Assembly: GCF_002571385.2 (NCBI RefSeq)
Contig: NW_019217866.1
Coordinates: 119,529-183,528, forward strand
Direction: 5' to 3'
DNA length: 64,000 nucleotides
Origin: Stylophora pistillata
Lineage: Eukaryota
The notes under the pieces were generated by a model. It had not been told where the DNA came from, did no database searches, and was given only the letters and a program-made list of their open reading frames with translations. The position numbers and the translations under genes are program-made. Of the stretch, positions 25,801 to 39,300 are shown piece by piece. How positions within the stretch are numbered: the stretch's first letter is position 1; each line of letters begins with the position of its first letter.

Positions 25801-26775
25801 CCATAAAATTATACCTATTATCTGAATGTTTTGTTGTTGTTTTCATTTTACACTCAAGGTTGAAATGATCCGTAGTGATGAAATACTAGACGGTCACCTA
25901 ACCATCAGAGAAGTTTCCCGAATGTACGGGCTGTACGCCAAGGTAGGTTTGCCAATGTTTAACATTGTTATTAAGCAAAGATTTATAATAGAAAAAGATG
26001 GAATACTAATGGGTAAGTCCCAATAATACAATGGAAAGAATATCTTTGATTCACTTTTACCCGATGAAGTTGTTATAATGCTGGCATCAAAACCTCATTG
26101 CTTTTCAAAATATTTAGCTATGATGGTCGTAGATTTTTCAGTTTTATCACAAGAGTTCATCGCTGAATTGTTAATCTGAATTTTCAAATTTTCAAATTGC
26201 AATATTGACTGACACATTAACCTGTTACACTCTAACATCAGTATGCATATTCTCCATACTGTTCTCTATACATTTCCTAAGGTACTGACAAGGAGAATTT
26301 GTTAAATAATCAAGAGCTTCTTAGTGATCATTTCTCTTATTCTCGTTACCTTATTGAATGATCCAGGGATGATAATGCAATGAGAAATTAGATTTTAGTC
26401 ACTCTTATGGGAAAAAAAGGTTAAGGTGTATTTTTTACTTTTCCTCAGTCCTTTCTTGATCTTGAATATGCCATCCTGGAATTCCCGACAACAGGAGAAC
26501 CATCCATTCCAAGAAAAGTAAAATTAGACATCAATCCATGGACAAAGATCAAGATTAAGAGAAGGAAAAAGAGAAATAAGAAATTAAAACAAACGATGGC
26601 AACAGAACTATTACCAAGAAATGAAACTGTTACGGAATCGAAAAGCGAACAACAAAGTTTACAAAACAATCTCGATGGACTCTTTTTACAAAATGGCGAA
26701 ACACCATCTTTTCCCGATACGCCTCCGACTATTGATGAAATACCAGGCTTGAAAAATATCAATTCGCCCGTTTGA
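18441..26775 (+). CDS. BMI1: Polycomb group RING finger protein, BMI1/PCGF2-4-like, paralog B (~313 aa)
   Basis: Exons 18441-18546, 19332-19428, 20088-20143, 20931-20990, 22039-22123, 22237-22264, 24733-24831, 25859-25942, 26449-26775; GT-AG and phase-consistent (942 nt). Same exon sizes as paralog A except one (60 vs 69 nt); intact RING and RAWUL motifs. Confidence 0.93.
19670..19815 (+). mobile_element. Short Penelope-like terminal fragment
   Basis: GAAGGGCTAACGCTCGAAACGTCAG..GGTGGCCA..GCAGCACCACAGTTTCTTTAGAAAC, same family as 22600-23989. Confidence 0.7.
20150..20470 (+). mobile_element. 3' end of a CR1/L2-like LINE
   Basis: C-terminal-like [21 protein letters not shown], then a short hairpin-like tail TTCAGCTTATAGCTGCAA and AATAAA. 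Confidence 0.5.
22846..23304 (-). pseudogene. Penelope GIY-YIG endonuclease domain (5'-truncated ORF), left arm
   Basis: [32 protein letters not shown] motifs; no RT domain present. Confidence 0.85.
23349..23807 (+). pseudogene. Penelope GIY-YIG endonuclease domain (5'-truncated ORF), right arm
   Basis: Translation identical to the left arm. Confidence 0.85.
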
Positions 26776-27674
26776 AGTCACGTGAGGAGCACGTGATCAC
26801 TGCATGTCTTTGATCGACAGGTCGGTACGCACGAGGGTACACGTCCCTGCAACCAGTTTCTTGCGACTCATTTCTCCACTTTAAATCTTAACACAGGGAT
26901 TCCCTTCTCCCCAAACCCTCCTTAATGTAACGAGTTTTCCAGGCGTTTGGTAAGTGCACCGGTTGCGCATGCGCCAGCACAGTGAGGCGAATGTAAGGCG
27001 ATGAGAAAGAAAGAGAAGCTAAGAACGGCCCACAGGCAGGAATTATATCAGGAGGACCTTTTTTTGAAAATCGGTTAACAAGTGTCTTGTCACACTTCTC
27101 CTCTGTCCTTCGTTTTAATCGCTATATGTTCGCCGAAACGCCTTGGAATTTCTGCCGAAACTATTGTGCCCCAACTATATAAACTCGTAACACTGGTAAT
27201 AAGTGTTAAACCTATCAAAAAATATTATTTCGTTCATTTTGATCGACTAGCGGCTAGCGCTAGTTTAGGGTTTAAATCTACACCTGGATTCGCTTTCTCT
27301 TCCATTAAAGCGTCTAACAGTTTGCGGTATACTATCTTAGTGTACAAGGCAAAACTGAATGAAGTGTAAGCAAGAAGTTGAGACTCTCTGCTCAGCTGTA
27401 AAACTGGCCGAATAATTTACTCTGACCCTGGGTTGGCTGAATCGCGGTTAATCAACCTGGCCCAAAGTGTGAGCGGTTTTTGTGATCCAGCAAACGATTA
27501 ATGAAAGTCAACGACGGCTGTCGGGCGAAGATTTAAGCTGATATTTTTCGGTGATTACCGGCCTCTGATAAATGGTAGAGTCCTCATGAAAAAGCTCCAT
27601 GAAAATAAGCGCGATAACAATTTGTAAGGAAAGGGCTATTTTTACATTTGCTAATAAAGTTTAAGGAACATCTA

Positions 27675-27861
27675 TATAGACCACTTTCATAAATGGCTGC
27701 TGGATTAATATTCCTTTGTTTAAATTTAAATTTGCCTAGGTGGCCTCGTTCTCCAGTACAAAATTCAAAAGAATACATTATCTCAAGCGAGGCCACCCAG
27801 GCAAATTTAAATCTAACCAAAAGAATATTAATCCGGTAGCCATTTATGAAAGTGGTCTATA
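27675..27861. mobile_element. MITE with long terminal inverted repeats
   Basis: TATAGACCACTTTCATAAATGGCT..GGATTAATATTC is mirrored at the right end. Confidence 0.75.
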
Positions 27862-29269
27862 AAGGGGGCTGATCTCTCGTTCTTTCATCTTGGAAAAAAG
27901 AAAATCACAGTAGCTTATGACTTAATCGACTTTCGCATTTAATAAACTTTTCGATGGTATATAGTTTGTGATGGTTTGTTAGAAGAAGAGCACGCACGAT
28001 TTTGTTTCGTGAAGGCACTCGCGAAGGTCTGGATCAACTAGCACTGACGTGCGGTTAGGTCTAATTCTGCTGAAAGAAAAACTGACAATGTCTCTATTGT
28101 TTCACGAAGCTCTTGATCAAATCACTCCGTTTTAAACGACAACTCAGTTTCAGTGACCGTACATAGTTTTAGGCTGTTGAATCTGCCACGTTTCGAAATT
28201 TTCCAGCAAACGAACTATATTTCAGTACATGAATAACAATTACACCCTTGAGGCAGTACTTGCTAAAAATATGTGCTAGAACTAAAAATAGGCGTTCCTC
28301 CGATTGAGTCATTAATAGACTACACAATGCTTCATTAGGGATGTCACATCCCTATTGTGCCTGTACTGGAGCTCGTCGTGTTTCAGTAACCGCTTGATTT
28401 CCGATTGATTACTCAAGGGAGTCCCTCAAACAGCGGCCCCGGAAGATAAATTTATACATGGTGTTATGGGAAGATTCAAGTCTTAGGAAAAGTCATTATT
28501 TACTGCTATTGGAGTAAAATTTTGAGCAAAAATCTTTTAGCATTGTTGAGTTTTTTCATTTATAGGCTGGGCTGTGTGGATGTTGAATAATTTATCATAA
28601 AACCAGGATTACATAATCGTATCACAGCGTACGTGTTGCTCACGCGGTTTTGCTTAAGAAGTTTTCAAGTTACACACCATTGTTCAGTTCTTATTCTCTG
28701 GATTAAGCAAGTATTTTTGGCTCGCAGCCATTGACTGGCTTTCCAAGGCAAGTCTGGTTCTGTCCTGGTGTACCGGTTCACAAGGGAATTACCATTGTTC
28801 TTTCTTTGTTTAGGAGTTATCGGTTAGCTATTGAGTATTGTTTGGTCTTTTGTATTGGCTCTTGTGAACCGGTACACGAGGACAGAACCGCGAGTCTTTA
28901 AGAGATATGCACTTATGCAGAGGTACTTTATAGCTTACGAGTTTGAGTGTTGGGGTTTTTCCCTTTCATACTTTTCATTGAGAAAAAAAAAGAAGAAAGA
29001 ATGGTTGTTGGGTGTTAAATAAGAGCGACAATGAAATAAATGAATAGGCAATCAAACCACAAGGTTACGTAGCAATTATGGACAATTCATAAGGAAAAAC
29101 CTCTTTTATGAAGCAAAACTCGGAAACGTGACAAGAAAACAGGTGCGTTCAGATACTATTGTTGCTGTTTCTTCGGTGCTTCAAGATTAAACAGCTCTTG
29201 GAAAGCCAAGCGCCCGAAACTGGGATTACTCTGACCATCTGAGGAGTTCGCATCTGAGGTAGGTTCCAA

Positions 29270-30313
29270 ATGTCCGGAAATTTCACCAACTTTTGCTGTA
29301 CCGATCTGGCCACCAGCGAAAACTTCTCCCTGGTGACTTCAACTTGGCCGACAAGCGTTGTTGTTTTAACTGCTATTATCATGATTGCAATAAACTTGGC
29401 CACGATTGTTGGAAACGCTTTAGTCACCGTAGCACTGGTTAAGATGAATGCCCTGAAGGTTATCCCAGCGAACAAAGACGCTATCGTATCGCTGGCGGTT
29501 GCCGATCTCTTTGTTGGTCTACTTGTCATGCCTTGTGCGATAGGCAGTGTTGTGGCGGGAAAGTGGCGCTTTGGACGAGTGTGGGGAAAACTCACCGCTT
29601 TTGGAAACTTTTTGTTCTGCATTTCATCTATCATGCATCTAACACTGCTTTCTGTCGACCGTTACGTGGCGATTTCTCGCCCCCTCGTCTATTCATCAGT
29701 GGTGACCAAGAACAGAGTTCGAGGCGCCTGTCTCTTGTTATGGATATATTCAACATTATGGGCATTGCCGCCTTTATTCGGCGTTGTTACATACGAGTGC
29801 TTTATTCCTTACATCGGGAAATGTTTCGAGACGGAATGGCCTCGTGGGAAAGGAGCTGTTTGGTTCACTGCCTCAGTGGTTTGCTGTACCTATGGGGCAG
29901 CGGTTTTAGTCATGTGTTGTGTTCACTTCAAGATCTTCAACATAGTTGCAAATCAATCCAGAAGAATTTCGGTGGAACTCAAAAAATTTCGAGCAAACAA
30001 TGGCTTGGAAACGAGAACGAACGTTGCTTCAGGTAGAAAAGGAGCTTTAACAATCCTTATTGCCATTGGAACTTACGTGGTGTGTTGGTCGCCATTTTGT
30101 TTACTACTTATTGTGCAAACCGCTCATGGCAAGGCCACAGGAGGACCAACTGTAGATATAACAACAATGTTCATTGGCTTTGCAAACAGCGCTTGTAATC
30201 CACTCATATATTCTATTAGATACAAAAGTTTTCGCATAGCTGTCAAGCGTATGTTTGCGAGGAGCAATTATTACATAAAGAATCTGTTTTGGTCGGGGAT
30301 TTCTAACGCCTAA
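29270..30313 (+). CDS. Class A (rhodopsin-like) GPCR, amine/adenosine-receptor-like orphan, 347 aa, single coding exon
   Basis: Seven hydrophobic segments; GN (TM1), SLAVAD (TM2), DRY, CWSPF and NPLIY motifs; N-terminal NFT/NFS sequons. Confidence 0.93.
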   Translation: MSGNFTNFCCTDLATSENFSLVTSTWPTSVVVLTAIIMIAINLATIVGNALVTVALVKMNALKVIPANKDAIVSLAVADLFVGLLVMPCAIGSVVAGKWRFGRVWGKLTAFGNFLFCISSIMHLTLLSVDRYVAISRPLVYSSVVTKNRVRGACLLLWIYSTLWALPPLFGVVTYECFIPYIGKCFETEWPRGKGAVWFTASVVCCTYGAAVLVMCCVHFKIFNIVANQSRRISVELKKFRANNGLETRTNVASGRKGALTILIAIGTYVVCWSPFCLLLIVQTAHGKATGGPTVDITTMFIGFANSACNPLIYSIRYKSFRIAVKRMFARSNYYIKNLFWSGISNA

Positions 30314-32179
30314 ACGGACTTGGAATCAAATGTTGCAGAAGTTTTCAAAGTATGGTTTTCTCTCAAGACGGATTGGATGTCGGAGACGTAATCAGAAGGG
30401 GAGAGCGATACGAACTGGTGCAAATCGAACCGACTGAATCGGAAGAAATAAAATATCGATGCCGCTTACAACTTTGTCGTCTACGATCCAATGAAAGCTG
30501 TATTCTCTGAGTCGTAAGTCGGTGTTCGCCGGTATCAGACTGTACTCGAAGGGCCCGAGAACTGGCATGCACTGTGATTGGTTGGTTCTTCCGTTTCTGC
30601 TTGCGACTCCGACAATCTAGTTTATACTGGATTATATGCAGGATCGGAAGAAAGTGAAACTGTTCTGTTTCTTCCGAATCCATCGAGCTTATGACTCCGC
30701 GTACGACTCTATTTTCTAATTTAATCGGGTTGGAAGTGCTCTTAAGACTTCGACTCCGTCGCCGATGAAAACCAGACTTGATGCATTTCTATTTTTTCTC
30801 TCAACCGACTACTGGCTGTTAAGCTTCTTTTTTTTTTTTAAATTTCATGGCTGTTTATCATTGAAAGTAATTTTATCTACTTTTGATATAATTTCAGAGC
30901 TGAGCAAAGAGTTTCCAGCACTCTGATTGGTCGAGCGGTTCCTTATATGAACCGCTCCACGCGGTTTATATAAAATGTTCAAATAAAATGTTATGATTTT
31001 AGAATTTTCTCTGTTGTTCAGCCCTGAAATTGTACTAAAACAAGATTTCGTCAGGTTCGATGAATATTGTCGAATAATCCCCTCGACTTCGTCTCGGGGA
31101 TTATTCGACGATATTCATCTTACCTTCGGCGAATAATTGTTAAATATTGAATTAAGAGATGTAAATAAACCTCACGTTCGCAAAGACAGAGGAAAAAACA
31201 AAACAAGCGTTTCCATTGATAACTGATACGCCATATAGCATGCCAGTGTTATTTTTCCAACGTCAGACTCAAATTAAGGAAGTCACCTCCACCCTTGAAA
31301 AAATGAGTAACAAATGTTGGAAAATATTACTTCTTAAAAATTTGGGGAAAATTTCTGAAATAAACGTAACTATTTATGAATTCGAATTTCGTTTGGCAAA
31401 AATTTTCATTTTACGTTCCGAAGAGTACTGTTAAGTGGTTAATTATTAGCGGTGTTTAATTTTTTCTATTTTCGCGGAAGGGGACTTTGCGCGAAATTTA
31501 AACACCGCGAAGTCGGAGTTGGCCGGCCGCCATCTTGAATTTATAAGTATGACACCCAAATCCAATAAACGCAGAATTATTTACTACAAAACAACATTTA
31601 TTGCACAAATCAAACCTTAAAAATATTATTTACATATTATTTGCATATTGTTAGACGAATTTTTAGCACTGTTATAAATGTAAATACCATTACGAGTACA
31701 ATAAATAACTATCACGGGTCCACATTTTAAAATATTAATAAAGGTGTCAAGCAGATGGAGAAAAAGCACTGTACGAAAATATAAGAGTTCAAGACAACGA
31801 ATGTTCGTAAATAGAAACGCGAGAATCACGTAATTGCATCACTACTCTCAACTCTTTCACACGTCTTGCTGAAGCCTTGGCACACTATTATAATAATAAA
31901 TAATACTTTTGGGACTCATTTTCACGTCTTTCTTTATGGAAAAATTAGAACAATGAAACAGAGGAAACCACGAAATTAAAACACCGCTAAAAACGCTGAA
32001 ACTTTGAATGCGCGAAATTAAACCATTCTACAATAATTGATCGCATGATTTCTATCGGAGTGAGTGGTTACACAGCAGTAAAATGTGAGCGAGTGGTTAC
32101 ATGGCTAATTCTGTGTAACCACTCACTCCAACAGACTGTTGAAAGCTGAGCGATTCCGTCAAATATTTCCAAGAAGAAG

Positions 32180-32527
32180 CAAGTACGTTCCATAAAGGGG
32201 GTAAGTTTCTAAAGAAACCGTGGCGCTGCGTCGGTGGGAGTAACAAGGTAATTTGGTTACATCAACTAAGTAGAAATTGTAAAGAGTTAAAAAGCTGAGG
32301 TTTCGTTTTTAGTATTCTACTAATTCATTCTTGTTTTTGTCGTCACCATGTTCCCACCAATAGTGTAGCTTCACTTTCTGTCTATAAACACACACCATAC
32401 AACCCACAATTCCTCCATTCGCTCTGACGAAGGGCCAACGCTCAAAACGTCAGCTTTTTAACTCTTTACGGTGGCCAATTTACAATTTCAACTTAGTTCA
32501 TAAAACCAAATTACCAAGTACGTTCCA
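32180..32527. mobile_element. Short inverted Penelope-end insertion, 13-bp TSD
   Basis: CAAGTACGTTCCA at 32180-32192 and 32515-32527; asymmetric inverted arms; degenerate hammerhead-like motif at about 32421-32454. Confidence 0.8.
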
Positions 32528-33269
32528 GCCAGATTCTTTTAAAAATTCCGTGCGACTGTGGCTTGGTTCCCCTGCTGTCTACACTATTTCTTGAGGGTAG
32601 CGGTCGACCGTTTGCCATAAAAAGGCTAAAAAATTAGCTTTTAGGCATTAAAGTTGACACTTTTAAATAAGTTAGCGGCTAAAATTTTCTCATGTATCTG
32701 CGACTGAAAGAAATTGATCGTTAGCTGTAAAATGACTAAGAGTATAAAGGTTGGCCGTCACCCCATTAAAACCCTCACTCTATAAGAAACCCGGTCGAGA
32801 ACCAAAGAGGAATGTTTTGTCTGGAGAATATTTGTCAGATTTATTGCAATGCAATCCTGTATCACATAATTCTGAAAGCAGCACTTGTAAAACAATGAAA
32901 ATATCAGGAAGCGAATTAGCAAAGGTTGGCTTTTAAATTTGATCCCCAATTCCATTTCTTAGATTTCTAGTTTGATATGAACTTAAGCCCGGCTTTCGTT
33001 GCGCTGTGCCAGCTTATGCGTTTGGTTTCAATAGTTAAAAAAAAAAAAAAGAGATTTAACAAGACTAGACGATACTTGGAAAGGCAAGATTAAAACTGAA
33101 AAATCGATGTCACTTACTCTTTTCACCCTAGCATCGGGATGCATATTCTCCATACTGTTCTATATACATTTTCTAAGGTGCTGACAAGGAGAAAATGTTT
33201 CAAAATCAAGATATTCTTCAGTGGATGATCTTTTCCTTCATCCTCGTGACCTTAATGTATTATTCAGGG

Positions 33270-33677
33270 TGATTAAGCTCAATTGGTTGAACGCTGGACT
33301 GTTGTGCGGGAGGTCGAGGGTTCAAGCCCCGGCCGGACCAACACTCAAGGTCTTAAAATAACTGAGGAGAATGCGCTACCTTTCTATAATATCAAGAAAT
33401 GGATAGACATTCTGGTCTTCTCGGATAAGGACGAATAAACCATAGGTCCCGTCTCCTGCATTTATTAATTAGTTAATTTGGTTAGGCAGGGGACGTTAAA
33501 GAACCCACTTCACGAGATTACTGTGATGTGGTCTGGCCTGTTTACTAGGAATTGGGGGGAGGGGGCATGTTAAATTTACCTTTAATCGATTGTAAACTGC
33601 TTAGCAGTCTGGTAAAGTCCCGCGCACAGTGTTGTAAAGCGCCATGAGCTCAGGATATGAGCGCTATATAAATAGAA

Positions 33678-33714
<37 letters not shown>
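33270..33714 (+). mobile_element. Full-length tRNA-headed SINE with (ATT)n tail, nested in another dispersed repeat
   Basis: A box AGCTCAATTGG, B box GGTTCAAGCCC, (ATT)n tail. It interrupts the CATATTCTCCATACT..GGAGAAAT repeat also seen at about 26220-26425 and 41540-41770. Confidence 0.8.
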
Positions 33715-33715
<1 letters not shown>

Positions 33716-34159
33716 GTAAGGAGAAATCAGATGCTAGTCACCCTTAGGAAGTCAAATGATTACAAAAGTGGCGGTCATTATTTGTAACCATTACAAACTA
33801 CATTGTGTATGTCTTTTTATTTAATAACTCAGTTTTTACCACTGACTAGCTTGCTTTTTGTCACCAAGGCAGTTCACCACCTCATCAAGTACACGTTTAA
33901 AGGCAGATTTTGCATATCTTGGCCAGGGTATCGGTGGTCTTACTCTAATTCTTATAAATCCTACTTTTTGGCGTCAAAATACGAACAGGAATCCTGTATT
34001 TTAGAGGCTGTGGTTATTCGTCATCGTGAAAAGAACAAGATGAAATAGACATTCCAGAAACATGGATACCCGCGATCAAGCAACACAACAACAGGAGCAC
34101 GCGCGAAAGGAGACCACTGAGGAAAACACATGTCGAAAAGCGCCAATCACAGCAATGAA

Positions 34160-34315
34160 TAAAGGGGGTAAATTTCTAAAGAAACTGTGGCGCTGCGCAG
34201 GTGGGGGAGATTAACTAAGCGATTATTTGTTTTCATTAACTGAGTTGATAATTTAAAGTGGCCAATGTAAAGAGTTTCTAAGCTAACGTTTCGAGCATTG
34301 GCCCTTCGTCAGAGT
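34160..34315 (-). mobile_element. Short Penelope-like terminal fragment
   Basis: Same tail as 22600-22750, with CTGACGA..GAAACGTT on the - strand. Confidence 0.7.
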
Positions 34316-34831
34316 GGATCAACCCAGAGTGAATCGACAAAACTTGATAAAACTAAACTGTAAACTATGGAAATGTTTACTAAGCTGGAGTGTAGCCATT
34401 CGACCACGTCGACTAGGAAGGGCTTGTAATGTACCAGACAGCCGCGAACCACATCGCTCCGATTTGGTAAAGTCTACAGAGAGAGAGAATAATTTTGTCC
34501 ACCCACTTGTCTTTCAAAAGTAAAAACAAGTTGTCGCTTTTTGGGTAAAAAGGGAAAGAGATCAGTACTCTGTCCTGTTTAAGAACACCTTTCAACCAAA
34601 GTTAGAGATTCCTTTGGAAACCTCGGTTATTGGAAACTCAATATTTACTAAAACTTGTCTCGCACAATCACTCGGCCGAGACCGCAGGCGGATTTGACCC
34701 TCTTCGAACTTAGCTGGTTTTAGAGCCTCGTCAAACGAAAAATTATTTCAAGGTCTCCTCGTACCTCCATGTGTTCACACAAACGTGCACAAGCAAACAA
34801 CGCGGAGGTGATCTGAGTTCGCGTGTCCTAA

Positions 34832-36281
34832 TCAAACTTGTGGCGACGTTTCTTCTTCGCCAGGATCAAGTTCAAAACTTGGAGGCGTCTCCGGAAATGT
34901 TAGTAAAATAGCACCCTCCGGAGAATGATGTACGGGACTATCCTTATCGAGCCTTATATCCTGCTGTTGGGGATGTTTTCCCTTTTCGTCCACAGTTAAC
35001 TGTTTGGTTTGTACCGCCCCAAAATGTTCGCTTTCCTTTGTTTCATCCCCGTCTTCGTTGCATGTTCTAAGTTTTTTTCTTGGTGGTTCTTTGACTTTTG
35101 TCACGGTATCCTCCTTACAAACGTCCAAGAAAGAGTATTGGAGATCCAGGAAAGACTGCAAACAATAAAGATTAAGATTTAACCATCAGATGAAAACAAG
35201 GGTACAAAAAAAAGACTAATTAATTTATCAGACATAGAGTCGTTAACGTAGCCGAGAGGTCAAAAATTCATTCGCAATTTTCAAACAATGAACAAAAGTC
35301 GATGAATTAGAATCTGTGTAAATCATATATGTGTAGTGCGGTATTAAGAATTTTATATGAAAGCAATCCTCGCAGCAATGAACACTACTTATGTAGCAGT
35401 GAAAATAAGGCCTGAAAAAAAAATTCAGGCCTGTGCCGGAATTGAACCTAAGACCTCTGCGATACCGGGTGCAGTGCTCTATCAACTGAGCAGTCAACTA
35501 TTACAATAGTAGTGTTCATTACTGAGAGAATCGCCTTCATATACAAGGAATAGAGAGACTGAATACTTATTACCATCTTGTTGTTTTGTTTTTGTTTTTG
35601 TGGTTTTTTTTTAACGATTAAGTGTGGTTGGCTGGCATTAGCCACAAAGGTAGCGAGATAAAATATGTATTCAGGCATATCTAAATATATACATGTACAT
35701 ATATGTGATGTCGGTCAACTGGTTCAATGAGACTTTGTTTCTCTTTGTGCTACATGTACACAGTTTTGGAGTGGAAGCAAAGGAAAATGGAGATCAAAGT
35801 TGGTTTGAAAAATTTCAAGTCTTAGGCTGTAGAAAACTTTAACACCACCATTTGTCTAACAGTCTACAAGTCAAAGATCTTACATAAATAAGGCTTTATT
35901 TACATAGAAACGCTTTTAACTGTTTTTTTTGGCATTCTGCAGTCAAATGGAAGAATGCCGAACTTTCGTTTGGTATGAAGTGCTGAATGCGCTAAAATGA
36001 GAGTAGTTTTTAATCATGATGAACTAACTGAACTCTTCTTACTTTCGAGTAGAGCCCATATATTTGCGAAACTTCCTTCATCGTCAACGAGTCGTCAAGA
36101 AGCTCGTCAGAGCGAACAAGTTCAGCCTGAAAAAAATTGGCAAAATAAATCGATTGATCGATCAATCGACCAATTAGTCAGTTAGACAATCAAACAGTCA
36201 ATCCTTTTTTTTTTTTAATGTAATTTGGTTTTATCAACGGAGTTGATAATGTAAAGCTGACATTTCGAGTGAGTAATATTC

Positions 36282-36316
<35 letters not shown>

Positions 36317-39300
36317 CATCCCCTTCATTCATCCATCTTTCATCTGTTTCTACAACTTCACTTACTTATTTATTTACCTGATGTGTGTTAGGAATTGCAA
36401 ACTTCATTGCAAGGAACTTTTTCAAGACGTTGACAGTCACCGCAGAAGGACATCTGAGATAACGAGTCGGGAAAATCTTCAGAGGAAACAAGACAGACAT
36501 CATTCAGAAGCCGTTCGATAACATAAACTAGTTCAAACATCGTTATTTTGAACATAAAGAAAAACAGTCAAACGTTGTTTATCGTTTTTCAACGGTCAGT
36601 CAGTTAGTTTCAAGGAGCTGCGTCACTGAAAGTCCATGCCGAAAAAGTTATGCAAAGGTTTTCAAGGTCGTAATTTTTGTTTCTTTTTAAAGTTCACCGT
36701 CCTATACCATCCTTGTTCTTCTGCTCTACTGTCTCTATACTCTAATAAACGATTCTTTTATGGTGTTATGTACTACATTTAAAGGAAATGTTCTATTTCC
36801 CACCAAATGTCAGCTCAGGAATTCAAGGCTGCCATCCTCGCTTTGTTTCGCTTTGTTCGCATCCCTTGGCTAATTTCCTGAAGTGTCGTAAGGTAGCTTC
36901 CACAAAATCCCACATATATAATCGTACGTACATCTTTTGGTATTTGGAATGCGACGAAAGAGAGATTTCATGTTTACACTATAAACAGTTTATCCATAAA
37001 GGCGCTGTGTTAGGAAAGCGCTATGTCCTCAATTCCGATCAGACTGACGGTCAAAGAATGGTACGTCAGAAAGTAAAAACAAACCTGGCGTTCATTCCAG
37101 ATTCTTTGACGCCTATCGAATGACAAAAAGGAAAAGATGAATTGAAATTACAATAAGTAGAACGCTCTTGAATTTGTAACTTAAATTTGCACTCCCTATT
37201 CTCCTTTGATTTTTCCTTCTTTTTATTTCTGTTATTTCACCAAAAGGTGGTAATGAAAACCGACATACTACTTGAGGTTTACGGTAGCATATTTTGGTCG
37301 CCCTTTCTCTGAGGCAGGAAATTAGTTTAGTCAGATGCCCTTCTCTTTACCGTTCCCCTCAAAATTTTCCTGAGCTCTTCTTTACTTTCACCAACGTTTT
37401 TAAACTCAACCCTAACAGCAGATAGAGACACAAGAAGATGATAAACTAACCTGTAGTATTCCAGAGTGACAAACATCGGATCTTCCATCTTTACCTCGGC
37501 GTTGCTCTTTGAATTCGTTTCGCAATCAGTTTTCACAGCCCCAGTCTCACTTATTAAGGCTGTATCGACTGATAAATCCGTCAATAGAAAAAAAAGAAAT
37601 AAGACAGATTTACGCATGACCTCGAGAATAATGAGAGGATCAATGCTCAGCTCGTAAAATTCTAAGTGTCGTGGTTCAACCGTGCATGATGATTCAACTC
37701 TTCTGGCGATGTTATGCTTGCTACATTCATGATCAAGATATTGACATTTTTAAAACTCTAACAATAGAAATATCAGGAGATTATACTTAGATTTACACTT
37801 TAAAACAGTTTGATCTCAACAGTTAAGTTATTTGGACTCTGGACGAACCAGCTCCAGAACGGAGTTGTTACATAGCATGGTATTCTACGCGCGATCCAGA
37901 TGGATTTGCCTGGGCAAATTAAATGCATCTTATGTAAGATTAGAATTCCAACAACCATCGCAATGCAGTTTTGCTGTTTATCCTCTTACCCGCGCTTATA
38001 GAATTTTCCTCTTCTGATTTGTCTTCGAATTTTGAACGGCGATCGAGTTCGTCTGTAATTCAAAAAGATCGGTTAAGAAACAACAAGATTTCTCTTACGA
38101 AATTTTTTTTTTGTCACGTTACTTTTGTTTAAAGCAACACCTATCAAAGGTTACCCAGATTGCGTAGGTGTAGTATGTACAAGTGCTGAATCATCTTAAA
38201 TTTTCCCAGGAGTGTTGACCAAAGAACAAGATTTTATTTCCATGCGAGATAAAGATAACTCTTTGGCTGCGCAGGCTACACATAAGGTTAAGAAAACAAT
38301 ATTTGAACATTACATTATGTTCTGAAAATATATTTTTTATCATAACTCAAAAGCAATTTTTCCCATCGTCATTAGCGTCCTACCGCAAATACTGTCAGGT
38401 TAAGTAACGTGTCGTACAACCAAAACCAAAGTATAATCGCAGTGGCCAATCAGTAGGAAGGAAAATACCTTTAGAGCCAATGAGGACACAAAGAAAAAAC
38501 AACAAAACTGCCTTAAGTGCGGGAAAAACGGGAGCGGACAAGTTCTGGTTAGTATCTGATTGGTTAAGACTGGAGGTTAGTGGGAGTTTTCTGGACCAAT
38601 CATATATTTAAATAAAGTAAAACCAAAGAAATCCCACAACGTTTGCGACACTCTATATCTCGCTATGATTGGTCTAGAAAACTCGCACCACTTTCTTTAC
38701 CAACCAGATTCAAATCTTAAACCAATGGCGACTTGATCGTTCGCTTTTTCTATTCGCTTTCAGTTTGACCATCTTTCATATTTTGCCTTTTTCTTCATGA
38801 CTGTTGTGTTTACTTTAGTTGGGCTGTACGAGATATTTCTCGATTTAACCGCTCGGCAAAGACTTGTGCTCAGATTCCTCTTGTCCTGACCGATGGAGTA
38901 GCATTGTTTCACCCCATGAGATTACGCTACCATTTCAGAATTTTACGTTATAATTGTTCTTCTCACCATATACTAATCCTGGGACAAGCTTGTTCACAAT
39001 GTCCTGGAGCGGTCGGTCGGGTCTGCCATGGCATAGAAAGGCCAAGGAAAAGAGGATTAAAACATCGAAATACCAAAATATCTCTAGTTTCCCTACATCG
39101 CTACCCTAGAATTCGTATTAGAACTTCGTATTAGAAGCACAGTTCACGATATTTGTACACCAAGCTATTTTTTTGCAATTTTTTATTGTCGTCAAGAGTC
39201 TCACAGATGAACTTCTACCATCTCGAACCAAGGTAAGAAAATTCAGGATTATACTGAGGCATAGCTATTCTGAATTCATACAACAATTGCTGAGTTTCGC

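Noticed and set aside
7589-26775. Paralogs A and B as uncollapsed haplotypes
   Set aside because: Many synonymous and amino-acid differences, an exon-length difference and unrelated intron content indicate an old duplication.
29149-29634. Antisense and alternate-frame ORFs over the GPCR, coiled-coil and PCGF last exons
   Set aside because: Shadows of real coding sequence with no independent motifs.
29270-30313. Opsin or true aminergic receptor
   Set aside because: No Lys at 7.43 (Phe) and no Asp at 3.32 (Asn).
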